From Candidatus Pelagibacterales bacterium (lineage in GTDB: Bacteria > Pseudomonadota > Alphaproteobacteria > Pelagibacterales > AG-422-B15): 47,024 nucleotides of DNA. Numbering within the stretch: position 1 is the first letter of the stretch; each line of letters begins with the position of its first letter. Location of the stretch: positions 1-47,024 of the forward strand of contig JAQWTH010000033.1 in the NCBI GenBank assembly GCA_029242795.1, given 5' to 3'. Position numbers and translations under genes: made by a program. The notes beneath the pieces are model-generated. The model made no database searches. It saw only the letters and a list, made by a program, of their open reading frames with translations, and was not told the origin of the DNA. This document shows, piece by piece, positions 17,961-26,842 of this stretch.

Positions 17961-19138
17961 TACCGCCTGCTGGAATTGAACCTGGAAAAAATGATTTGTT
18001 TTATAATGAGTCTCATGATGCTTGGAGACAAGAGTTAAGAAAATTTGTTTCTAAAGAAATCGTTCCATTTGTTGAAGAGTGGGAAGAAGCTGGAGAGTTC
18101 TCAAGAGAACTTTATAAAAAAGCTGGTAAATTTGGCTTACTTGGTATGGGGTATCCTGAGAAGTATGGTGGTACAAGTGAGGGAATTGATATCTTTCATG
18201 GTATCGTGACTTCTGAAGAACTCGCCCAAGGATGTGGCGGTGTTGCCGCTAGCTTGTTATCACTAAATATTTCTTTACCTTTAATCATGGCACTTGGAAC
18301 TGAAGAACAAAAACAAAAATATATTCCACCAGTCATAGCTGGAGAAAAAATTGCATGCTTAGGTGTAACAGAACCGTCAGGAGGATCAGATGTTGCTGGA
18401 ATTAAAACAAAAGCAGTAAGAGATGGTGATCATTTCATAATTAATGGCTCAAAGATGTTTATTACAAGCGGCATGAGAGCTGATTACTATGTAATTGCAT
18501 GCAGAACAGGTGGGCCAGGAACATCAGGTATATCTGCAATCGTGGTTGAAAAAGGAACTCCAGGTTTTACTCAGACTCCATTAAAAAAAATGGGTTGGCT
18601 TTCTTCTGATACGGCAGCCCTGTATTTTGATGACGTCCGTGTGCCAGTAGAAAATCTTATTGGTGGAGAGAATTCTGGATGGATGGGAATAATGTCCAAC
18701 TTCAGTCAGGAACGACTTGGTCTTGCAGCTGGTATGAATGCCTACTCTCAGATATGCATTGATGAAGCTGTTGCTTGGGCAAAAGATAGGAAAACCTTTG
18801 GAAAATCTCTGATAGAAAATCAAGTTATTAAGCATAAACTTGCCGAAATGAGCAGAAAGGTTAATGCCACAAAAGCCTATATGGAGCTTCTAACTTGGAA
18901 AGTAATGAATGGTGAGCAACCTATAGCTGACTTAGCGTTACTAAAAGTTCAAGCCAGTAAGACCATGGAGTATTGTGCTCGAGAAGCTATGCAAATTCTT
19001 GGTGGCGCAGGTTACCTAAAAGCCAACAGTGGCCCTGGTAAAGTCGAACGCATCTATCGAGAAGTAAGAGTGAATGCTATTGGTGGTGGCTCAGAAGAAA
19101 TCATGCTTGATCTTGCATCTCGTCAATTAGGTTTTTGA
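17957..19138 (+). CDS. Acyl-CoA dehydrogenase
   Basis: ACAD signatures CLGVTEPSGGSDVAG, INGSKMFITSG, QILGGAGY, and a catalytic Glu region GGGSEEIM. ATGA-type overlap with the MaoC gene. Confidence 0.9.
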   Translation: MIPPAGIEPGKNDLFYNESHDAWRQELRKFVSKEIVPFVEEWEEAGEFSRELYKKAGKFGLLGMGYPEKYGGTSEGIDIFHGIVTSEELAQGCGGVAASLLSLNISLPLIMALGTEEQKQKYIPPVIAGEKIACLGVTEPSGGSDVAGIKTKAVRDGDHFIINGSKMFITSGMRADYYVIACRTGGPGTSGISAIVVEKGTPGFTQTPLKKMGWLSSDTAALYFDDVRVPVENLIGGENSGWMGIMSNFSQERLGLAAGMNAYSQICIDEAVAWAKDRKTFGKSLIENQVIKHKLAEMSRKVNATKAYMELLTWKVMNGEQPIADLALLKVQASKTMEYCAREAMQILGGAGYLKANSGPGKVERIYREVRVNAIGGGSEEIMLDLASRQLGF

Positions 19139-19175
19139 TTTATCGATCCGATACTTGTTTATTTATATCAATAAA

Positions 19176-19212
19176 TATGTATAAATAATATTATAAATAA
19201 TATTTATACATA
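19176..19212. repeat. AT-only imperfect palindrome containing a perfect 12-nt tandem repeat (ATAAATAATATT x2)
   Basis: Read directly. Positions 19181-19192 and 19193-19204 are identical. Flanks ATGTATAAATA / TATTTATACAT pair to give a 12 bp outer stem, one mismatch, 4 bp and a 3-nt loop. It lies 38 nt after the ACAD stop and 85 nt before the TauE-like start. Confidence 0.7.
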
Positions 19213-19296
19213 GTTGGTCTATTTGAAATCTCACTTAAAAAAACAATTAATAAAGGGTGATTTTAACCCCAATAGAGAAGTATCCGTCATATTCTG

Positions 19297-20220
19297 ATGA
19301 GTATTTATCTACCGATCGCTGAAATTTCAATAAATATATTTCTTTTAATTTCACTTGGTGGAGTCATTGGCTTCTTATCTGGCATGTTTGGCCTGGGTGG
19401 TGGGTTTTTAATGACTCCAATGTTGATATTTATCGGAATACCAACGAATGTCGCAGTTGCTACTTCTGCTAATCAGATTGTAGCTGCATCTGTATCGGGA
19501 ACACTAGGTCATTGGCGGCAGGGCTTGGTTGATATAAAAATGGGTATTATTTTAGTTAGTGGTGGAATTTTAGGATCATTTGTCGGAGTAAGTATTTTTG
19601 ACTACCTATCGGATATTGGTCAAATCGATGCTGTAATCTCAGTTTTATATTTTGTACTTCTATTTTCCATTGGAAGTTTAATGCTGATTGAAAGTTCTCA
19701 AGTAATACGTGACAGAATTAGAAAAAAAACAGTAAAGAAAAAATTACATTATCATAATTGGGCTCACAGACTTCCATTTAAAACAAAATTTTATACCTCT
19801 AAACTATATATTAGTGTTATTCCTCCAATAATAATCGGTTTTGTTATTGGAATATTATCAGGGACAATGGGGATTGGTGGATCTTTTATTTTAATTCCCG
19901 CTATGATTTACTTTCTTGGAATGCCTACTTCAAAAGTAATAGGAACTTCACTTTTTCAAATTATATTTATAACTGCTGTAGTAACTTTACTTCATGCAAC
20001 TACAACTTTCGCATTAGATGCAGTTTTAGCAGTTATTTTAATTATATCATCAGTCGTTGGAGCTCAGATTGGAGTAATCACTGCTAATAAGCTCAGAGGT
20101 GAAGATTTAAGAGCGCTGTTGGCAATAATTGTTTTAGTTGTAGCGGCTCAGATTGCGGCTGAATTATTTATTCAACCAGACGATTTATTTAATTTTTCTC
20201 ATATGGCAAATTATAAATGA
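19297..20220 (+). CDS. TauE/SafE (DUF81) family anion exporter-like membrane protein
   Basis: Two homologous 4-TM halves, each with a GxGGG motif (GMFGLGGGFLMTP and GTMGIGGSFILIP). Confidence 0.85.
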   Translation: MSIYLPIAEISINIFLLISLGGVIGFLSGMFGLGGGFLMTPMLIFIGIPTNVAVATSANQIVAASVSGTLGHWRQGLVDIKMGIILVSGGILGSFVGVSIFDYLSDIGQIDAVISVLYFVLLFSIGSLMLIESSQVIRDRIRKKTVKKKLHYHNWAHRLPFKTKFYTSKLYISVIPPIIIGFVIGILSGTMGIGGSFILIPAMIYFLGMPTSKVIGTSLFQIIFITAVVTLLHATTTFALDAVLAVILIISSVVGAQIGVITANKLRGEDLRALLAIIVLVVAAQIAAELFIQPDDLFNFSHMANYK

Positions 20221-21005
20221 ACTTTAAAAGCTTCTCTATTATCGGTTTAATTTACTTTAGTTTAATTTCCATCTCAAGCTCGCTTGTCATTGGATCTGAC
20301 GAAAATGAAATTTTAATTGATGCTAATTTTTCAGGGAAAGACCTACTTGTATTTGGTGCCTTCTATGCTGATCCATCTCAACCCCGGGAAAAAAAAGGAG
20401 ACATTTTAATTGAGGTTGTAGGGCCTAAAGAAGATATAGTTTTAAGAAAAAAAGAATCTTTTTTTGGATTTTGGTTAAATTCTGAAAGTGTAAGATTTAA
20501 AGACGTACCAAGCTTTTACTATTTATCAAGTACAAGTGAATTGAAAGATAGTTTTTTTAAAGAAAATAGCATTGGTCTGCTTGAAACTTCTCAGTTTCCA
20601 GAATTAAATTGGAGCTTAATTACTACTGATTGGGGATCTGTAAGTTCATATGATGAAAAACAAGAATTTTTTGAGGCTCTGATTCGTAATAAATCCTATG
20701 AGAACGTTTTTAAAAAAACATCTGACGAAATAGAGATATTGGATGGTAATTTATTTAAAACAAATATACCAATACCAAACACTGTTCCAGTCGGTGTTTA
20801 TGATGTAAATTTGTATTTAATTTTAAATAATGAAATCTCAAAAGATTATTCATACAATTTTACGGTAAAAAGAATTGGAATCGAGAATTTAATTTATAAC
20901 TTTGCTAATAGCTTTCCACTCATATATGGGTTTACTTCTTTAATAATAGCTCTTATTATCGGTTGGATCAGCGCCGATTTATTTAGAAGATTCAGAAAAG
21001 CATAA
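20217..21005 (+). CDS. Conserved alphaproteobacterial membrane-anchored protein (TIGR02186 / Alph_Pro_TM-like)
   Basis: N-terminal signal/anchor, a ~200-aa soluble domain and a single C-terminal TM (LIYGFTSLIIALIIGWISADLF). Size, topology and position downstream of a DUF81 gene match my recollection of this family. Needs an HMM check. Confidence 0.5.
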   Translation: MNFKSFSIIGLIYFSLISISSSLVIGSDENEILIDANFSGKDLLVFGAFYADPSQPREKKGDILIEVVGPKEDIVLRKKESFFGFWLNSESVRFKDVPSFYYLSSTSELKDSFFKENSIGLLETSQFPELNWSLITTDWGSVSSYDEKQEFFEALIRNKSYENVFKKTSDEIEILDGNLFKTNIPIPNTVPVGVYDVNLYLILNNEISKDYSYNFTVKRIGIENLIYNFANSFPLIYGFTSLIIALIIGWISADLFRRFRKA

Positions 21006-21733
21006 TGGAAGAAATATCATACAGTTATGTCCTGTTGGCAGGATTATTAAGTTTCTTATCTCCTTGCGTACTACCAATAGTACCAGGATATCTATGCTTC
21101 ATTGCTGGTACATCTCTAGATAAAGTTCTGGATGAGGAGACTGCGGTTCGTACCAATATTTTTAAGTATGCGCTAAGCTTTGTATTAGGTTTCTCAACAG
21201 TATTTATCTTACTTGGCGCCTCAGCAACGATACTAAGTAGTGTTCTTTATGAATATATTGATATTTTAAGAATAGTTGGAGGAATAATTATTATTATTTT
21301 TGGAATACACTTTACGCAGATAATTCAAATACCTTTCTTAAATAATGATACAAGAATTCATTTACAAAATTATAGACCAGGTTTAATTGGATCTTATATT
21401 ATTGGATTATCATTTGCATTTGGATGGACACCTTGCATTGGCCCAATTCTTGGCAGCGTTTTATCAATTGCTGCTAGTTCAGAAACTGTATCAACAGGAA
21501 TTATTTTACTAATGATTTATTCTGCTGGCTTAGGAATTCCTTTTCTCCTAGCTGCTTATGGGATTGGTGGATTTTTAAAGTTTCTTTCAAAAATCAGAAA
21601 ATATATCAGATCAATAGAAATATTTACTGGACTGTTGCTAATTCTATTTGGTTTCCTTATTCTGACAAACAGGGTACAGGAAATTGCATTCTTTTTTATT
21701 AAATACTTTCCTATATTATCTCAAATTGGTTAA
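21005..21733 (+). CDS. ccdA: Cytochrome c biogenesis / thiol-disulfide electron transfer protein CcdA (DsbD transmembrane domain)
   Basis: Conserved Cys motifs LSPCVLPIVPGY and WTPCIGPILG in a 6-TM protein. 1-nt overlap (TAATG) with the upstream gene. Confidence 0.85.
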   Translation: MEEISYSYVLLAGLLSFLSPCVLPIVPGYLCFIAGTSLDKVLDEETAVRTNIFKYALSFVLGFSTVFILLGASATILSSVLYEYIDILRIVGGIIIIIFGIHFTQIIQIPFLNNDTRIHLQNYRPGLIGSYIIGLSFAFGWTPCIGPILGSVLSIAASSETVSTGIILLMIYSAGLGIPFLLAAYGIGGFLKFLSKIRKYIRSIEIFTGLLLILFGFLILTNRVQEIAFFFIKYFPILSQIG

Positions 21734-21744
21734 AGGAGCCTAAG

Positions 21745-22620
21745 ATGTTTGAAAAAAATCTATTAAATAATAAACGAATTTTAGTTTCTGGCGGAGGCTC
21801 AGGACTTGGAAAAGCTATGGCAACAAGATACCTGGAACTTGGTGCTGATATTTATATTTGTGGAAGAAGAAAATCAGTCTTGGACGAAACTGCAAAAGAA
21901 TTAATGGATATGCATGGTGGTTCTGTAAAATCTATTTCATGTGATATTAAAGTCCCGGAGGCTATTGAAGATATGGTTGATGAGATTTGGAGTGAAGGCC
22001 CACTAACTGGCTTACTAAACAATGCTGCTGGAAACTTTATTTCTAGAACTGAGGATTTATCTCCAAGAGCTTTTACAGCTATTTCAAATATTGTTTTTAA
22101 TGGTACTTTTTATATGACTAATGCTATCGGTAAAAGATGGCTAAATGAGAACCTAAAAGGAAGCATTATCTCAATTTTAACTACATGGGTTGATAGTAGC
22201 GGTCCATATACAGTTCCTTCAGCAATGTCTAAATCTGGTCTTGCAACAATGACAAGGTCATTAGCGGCTGAATGGGGTAACAGAGGAATTAGGCTAAACG
22301 GTATAGCTCCAGGACCTTTTCCAACAAAAGGTGCTTGGGATAGATTAGCTCCAGGGGATAAAGGAAAAAATCTAATGAATGCAATTCCAATGAAAAGAAC
22401 TGGCGAACTTAGTGAACTTGCAAACCTTGCAACTTTTTTAATGGCAGATGGATGTGAATACTTGACAGGTGAAATAATTGCAATTGATGGAGCACAATGG
22501 CTAAATCATGCTGGAAATTTTTATGAAATGTTAAAGGATGTAACTGACGAAGAATGGGAACAATTAAGAGGTCTTATAAAAGCATCTAATGATGCCGATA
22601 AGGCAAAAAGATCTGTTTAA
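21745..22620 (+). CDS. SDR family oxidoreductase, 2,4-dienoyl-CoA reductase-like
   Basis: SGGGSGLGKA, NNAAGNF, SAMSKSG, APGPFPT. The pattern resembles DECR-type SDRs. An AGGAG lies 7 nt upstream of the ATG. Confidence 0.8.
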   Translation: MFEKNLLNNKRILVSGGGSGLGKAMATRYLELGADIYICGRRKSVLDETAKELMDMHGGSVKSISCDIKVPEAIEDMVDEIWSEGPLTGLLNNAAGNFISRTEDLSPRAFTAISNIVFNGTFYMTNAIGKRWLNENLKGSIISILTTWVDSSGPYTVPSAMSKSGLATMTRSLAAEWGNRGIRLNGIAPGPFPTKGAWDRLAPGDKGKNLMNAIPMKRTGELSELANLATFLMADGCEYLTGEIIAIDGAQWLNHAGNFYEMLKDVTDEEWEQLRGLIKASNDADKAKRSV

Positions 22621-23429
22621 TCAAAATTGTTTTTGTACATATTTCTTGAGAAACTTCTAATAATAAATGGAAAATAGTTCATAACAAACGAAGCTAATTT
22701 GCCTTCCCACCCAACTTTATTGTGAACTTTTTTATTTCTATAAATAGAAAAAACTGTTTCTGCTACTTTTTTAGCAGGATAAATTTTTGAAATTTGATTT
22801 ATTTTATCACGATTGAAAGTCCCATCCATTTTTTGAGTCACTTGCTCAGCATCTAATATTGGAGTTTCTGTAAACCAAGGATTGATTTCGCATACGGCTA
22901 TTCCATATTTGTGGAACTCTACATTTAAAGATTCCGTCAATCCCCTTACTGCAAATTTTGTTGCAGAGTAAACAGCTGCCCCAGGAACTGGTACAAAGCC
23001 ACCAATTGATGATGTATTTACAATTACGCTCTTATTAGTTTTTTTCAATAATGGTAATATCGCATAAATACCATTAATTACGCCATTTAAGTTTACATCA
23101 ACAATTTTTTGAGACTCTGTAATTGGTATATCTTCAACTCTTCCTGTAAAATTTGCAATGCCGGCATTATTAAAAAATAAGTCACACTTACCATTCGTAT
23201 ATTTTTCAAAAGACTCTCTAGCACTGTTCCATTCTTCAATTTTAGTAACATCAAGTTTTTGATACATACATGAATTATGTCCAATTTCTTTTGCTACATC
23301 TGCAAGGCCATCCTCATTAATATCAAATAATCCAACTTCCCAACCCATTTTTGCAAAGTAAATGGCAGTCGCTTTTCCAATACCAGATGCTGCCCCAGTA
23401 ATAAAAATACTTTTTTTATTTTTCTTCAT
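22617..23429 (-). CDS. SDR family oxidoreductase
   Basis: TGAASGIGKATA, NNAG, and catalytic SS...YSATKFAV. Confidence 0.9.
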   Translation of the reverse strand: MKKNKKSIFITGAASGIGKATAIYFAKMGWEVGLFDINEDGLADVAKEIGHNSCMYQKLDVTKIEEWNSARESFEKYTNGKCDLFFNNAGIANFTGRVEDIPITESQKIVDVNLNGVINGIYAILPLLKKTNKSVIVNTSSIGGFVPVPGAAVYSATKFAVRGLTESLNVEFHKYGIAVCEINPWFTETPILDAEQVTQKMDGTFNRDKINQISKIYPAKKVAETVFSIYRNKKVHNKVGWEGKLASFVMNYFPFIIRSFSRNMYKNNFD

Positions 23430-23436
23430 TTAAATT

Positions 23437-24498
23437 CTAATTTTTTATCTCAGAGCGAATTGCTTGTCCTATATTTTCAAAATTATCTTGCTTTAGAAAC
23501 TTTACAAGATCTCTTTTCATATTTTCAATAAGTTTTGAACCTTCAAACGTCAGAGCTGTATATAGTTGGACCGCAGAAGCTCCAAGCTTTATTTTTTTAT
23601 ACACATCTATGGCATTGGAAATACCTCCAACACCAATAAGTGAAATTTCACCTTTAGTTTTAGCTGCAATTAGTTTTAAAACTTCATTTGATTTATCTCT
23701 AAGAGGCTTACCAGATAATCCGCCACTTTCTGAACAAAATCTACTTGTTAAATTGGATGGTCTTTTAGTTGAAGTATTGGAAATTATTAACCCATTAATA
23801 TTGTTTTTATAAGCAATATTTATTATGTCGTCATAATCTCTTTCATTGCTATCAGGATCAATTTTTAAAAAAATATTTTTTTTATATACTTTACTATCTT
23901 TAATGATTTTTAATTCATTGGTTAATGTATTAAGCGACTCAATCTTTTGAATTTCTCTTAGTCCTTCAGTATTTGGGGAAGAAAGATTTATTGTAATATA
24001 ATCACCGTCTGAATAAGTTTTTTCAAATAAAGTAATATAATCTTTTATAAAATTGTCAGAATCTTTATTTGGTCCAATGTTGATTCCTGCAATAACATTT
24101 TCTTGTTTTCTCTTTTTAAAATTTGAAAGAAAATTATCAATTCCATTATTATTAAATCCTAATCTATTTATCAAAGCATTGTCCTCTTCAAGTCTAAAGA
24201 TGCGAGGTTTAGGATTTCCATATTGGGGCTTAATTGTGGTTGTTCCACATTCAATAAAACCAAATCCAATTCGGCTCATCGCATTAATTACCTCCGCATT
24301 TTTGTCAAAGCCCGCAGCCAAACCTATTGGGTTATTTATTTTGAGTCCTGCAATTGAAGTACTTAGCATCGGATCATCTTTTTTTGGATTAATTGAAAAT
24401 GCTAAATATTTTAACAATTGAATAGTTAAAAAATGTGAAGTTTCTGGCTGGAATGATTTTATAAAATTGAGTAAATATTTTTCCATTTTTTGGTTCAA
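23437..24498 (-). CDS. pyrD: Dihydroorotate dehydrogenase (quinone), class 2
   Basis: GLAAGFDKNAE, GFGFIECGTTT, INIGPNK, NLSSPNTEGLR, GGLSGKPL, GVGGI. Confidence 0.9.
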   Translation of the reverse strand: MNQKMEKYLLNFIKSFQPETSHFLTIQLLKYLAFSINPKKDDPMLSTSIAGLKINNPIGLAAGFDKNAEVINAMSRIGFGFIECGTTTIKPQYGNPKPRIFRLEEDNALINRLGFNNNGIDNFLSNFKKRKQENVIAGINIGPNKDSDNFIKDYITLFEKTYSDGDYITINLSSPNTEGLREIQKIESLNTLTNELKIIKDSKVYKKNIFLKIDPDSNERDYDDIINIAYKNNINGLIISNTSTKRPSNLTSRFCSESGGLSGKPLRDKSNEVLKLIAAKTKGEISLIGVGGISNAIDVYKKIKLGASAVQLYTALTFEGSKLIENMKRDLVKFLKQDNFENIGQAIRSEIKN

Positions 24499-26063
24499 AA
24501 AACTTTTTCTTTGATTAATTGAATTGTTCTATCTATCCCATAAATTGCTACAAATGAGCCAAATCTGGGGCCTTCTGATTTTCCAAAGAGGACCTGATAA
24601 ATCAAACTAAACCAGTCACGTAAATTTGTATAATTATGGTCTTTTCCTATTTGGTATATCTCAGTCTGTATTTCCTCAGCAGATAATGTACTGGGCATAG
24701 CTGATAATCTTTTTATAAGATCTTCAAAAATCAATACTTCTTCTTGACTAGGCGTCTTATACAATATTGAGGATTTAGTTACGTCATTATAATAATTTAT
24801 TACTCCATCGATCAATTTTAAAAGAAATCCAAGGCTTCCTTCATCTATATTGCCTACATATTTTTTAATAAAATCCAAAATTAATTTTGGATCATTACTT
24901 CCACTTGCAGAAACAAGGTTTAAAATCAAATTATAACTAATACCCAATTTACCAATAGAATTTGAGCCATTCGAAATATGCCAAAAAGGATTTTCAATTT
25001 TTTGATTTAGTGATTGATCATCAAATTTATTTACATGAGATATAAACTCATCTGTTGACTTAGGAATAACTTCTAAAAATAATTTTTTAGCCCTTCTAGG
25101 ATTTTGATACATAAAATAACTTAATGTTTCCTGAGGAGCATAAGTCAACCACTCCTCGATACTTAAACCATTACCTTTTGATTTTGATATTTTCTCTCCA
25201 TTTTGGTCTAGAAACAGTTCATAAAAGAAATTTTCTGGTGGATTACCCCCCAGAGCTCTACAGATTTTTGCAGATAATTGAAATGTTGGAATAAGATCTT
25301 TACCATACATTTCATAATCAATGCCTAAAGCGATCCATCGCATAGCCCAATCAACTTTCCATTGTAATTTACAGTTACCGTCTAGAACTGATACTTCTAC
25401 TTCTTCACCACTATCATCGATATACGTCACTGAATTATTTTCAGAACTTATTCTCAAAATTTCAACTTCAAGTACTTTATTAGTTTTTTTACATACTGGG
25501 AGAAATGGACTATAAGTTTTTCTTCGTTCCTCACCAAGGGTTGGCAAAATTATATTTTTAATTTCTTCATAATTATTTAAGACATTTTTAAGTTGTTCAT
25601 TAAAGAATCCATTTTGGTATAAAGTTGTCGCACTCTTAAAATTATATTTAAAACCAAAATCATCTAAAAACGTTTTTAACATAGAATTATTGTGTTCACC
25701 AAAGCTTCCATATTTATTAAATGGGTCAGGTACACTTGTTAATGGCTGATTTAAATATTCTAATAACTTTTCTTGATTTGGAACATTATCCGGTACTTTT
25801 CTAAGTCCATCCAAATCATCAGAAAATGCGATAAGATTTACTTCTTTTTCTGAAATTTGTTCTAATGCATTAAGAATCATTGTTGTTCGAGCGACTTCAC
25901 CAAATGTTCCGATATGGGGTAATCCACTTGGACCATAACCAGTCTGTAGATTTATTACCTCTTTGGAGTTTTTTTCAATTCTTTTTAAAATCCTTTGTGC
26001 CTCAACGAATGGCCAAGATTTTGCATGAGGTGATAATTTAATAATTTCTTGATTTTTAGGCAT
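24495..26063 (-). CDS. lysK: Lysine--tRNA ligase, class I
   Basis: Class I LysRS N-terminus (TGYGPSGLPHIGTFGEVARTT = HIGH region) and KISKSKGNG (KMSKS). 4-nt overlap with pyrD. Confidence 0.9.
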   Translation of the reverse strand: MPKNQEIIKLSPHAKSWPFVEAQRILKRIEKNSKEVINLQTGYGPSGLPHIGTFGEVARTTMILNALEQISEKEVNLIAFSDDLDGLRKVPDNVPNQEKLLEYLNQPLTSVPDPFNKYGSFGEHNNSMLKTFLDDFGFKYNFKSATTLYQNGFFNEQLKNVLNNYEEIKNIILPTLGEERRKTYSPFLPVCKKTNKVLEVEILRISSENNSVTYIDDSGEEVEVSVLDGNCKLQWKVDWAMRWIALGIDYEMYGKDLIPTFQLSAKICRALGGNPPENFFYELFLDQNGEKISKSKGNGLSIEEWLTYAPQETLSYFMYQNPRRAKKLFLEVIPKSTDEFISHVNKFDDQSLNQKIENPFWHISNGSNSIGKLGISYNLILNLVSASGSNDPKLILDFIKKYVGNIDEGSLGFLLKLIDGVINYYNDVTKSSILYKTPSQEEVLIFEDLIKRLSAMPSTLSAEEIQTEIYQIGKDHNYTNLRDWFSLIYQVLFGKSEGPRFGSFVAIYGIDRTIQLIKEKVF

Positions 26064-26219
26064 TTAGTTTTGTTTATTATATATTAACCTTATAGAAGAA
26101 AGTTTAAAAAAGCTTATTTTTTCATGGCTTTTTAAAATAATCGGTATATTTAAATACTGCATAAAATAATTAATATATATAAATATCTCATTTTAATATA
26201 AAAATCTCACTCACTAATT

Positions 26220-26825
26220 ATGAACAAAAAAGCAAATAAAAAACCATCAAGAAAAGAAGCAGAAGAAGCGGTTCGTACGCTTATTAAATGGGCTGGCGAA
26301 GATGTTAAACGTGAGGGATTAATTGATACTCCTAAGAGAGTAGTTAATGCATACACTGATTGGTTCTCTGGATATGAAGAAGACCCAAAGGAACTTTTAA
26401 AAAGAACATTTTCTGAAACTGGTGGATATGATGAAGTAATTATGCTTAAAGATATAAGGATTGAGTCTCACTGTGAACATCATATTGCTCCGTTTATTGG
26501 AAATGCACATGTTGCATATTTGCCTAATAAAAGAGTTGTTGGAATTAGTAAGTTAGCCAGAATTACAAATATTTTTGCTAAGAGAATGCAAGTTCAAGAA
26601 AAGTTGACCTCACAAATTGCTACATGTATTCAAGAATGTCTAAAGCCAAGGGGTGTGGCAGTAGTCGTTGAAGCCCAACACGAGTGTATGACTACTAGAG
26701 GAGTCCATATGCCAGGCATATCTATGGTTACAAGCAAGCTTTTAGGAAAGTTTAGAACTGATGCATCTACAAGAAGAGAATTCTATAGCATGCTTAATCA
26801 AGGTCCTATTCTCAAAAAAAACTAA
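26220..26825 (+). CDS. folE: GTP cyclohydrolase I
   Basis: [38 protein letters not shown]. Confidence 0.92.
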   Translation: MNKKANKKPSRKEAEEAVRTLIKWAGEDVKREGLIDTPKRVVNAYTDWFSGYEEDPKELLKRTFSETGGYDEVIMLKDIRIESHCEHHIAPFIGNAHVAYLPNKRVVGISKLARITNIFAKRMQVQEKLTSQIATCIQECLKPRGVAVVVEAQHECMTTRGVHMPGISMVTSKLLGKFRTDASTRREFYSMLNQGPILKKN

Positions 26826-26842
26826 TATATTATTCAATATAA

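Noticed and set aside
24053-24421. 122-aa plus-strand ORF, together with the other 60-100-aa ORFs nested in annotated genes (e.g. 3865-4167, 4918-5211, 12425-12670, 12704-12970, 13050-13310, 18581-18835, 29269-29568, 38298-38546, 42023-42280, 45777-46013)
   Set aside because: All are antisense or out of frame inside genes with strong family signatures. They show low-complexity composition and no start context. They are treated as shadow ORFs.
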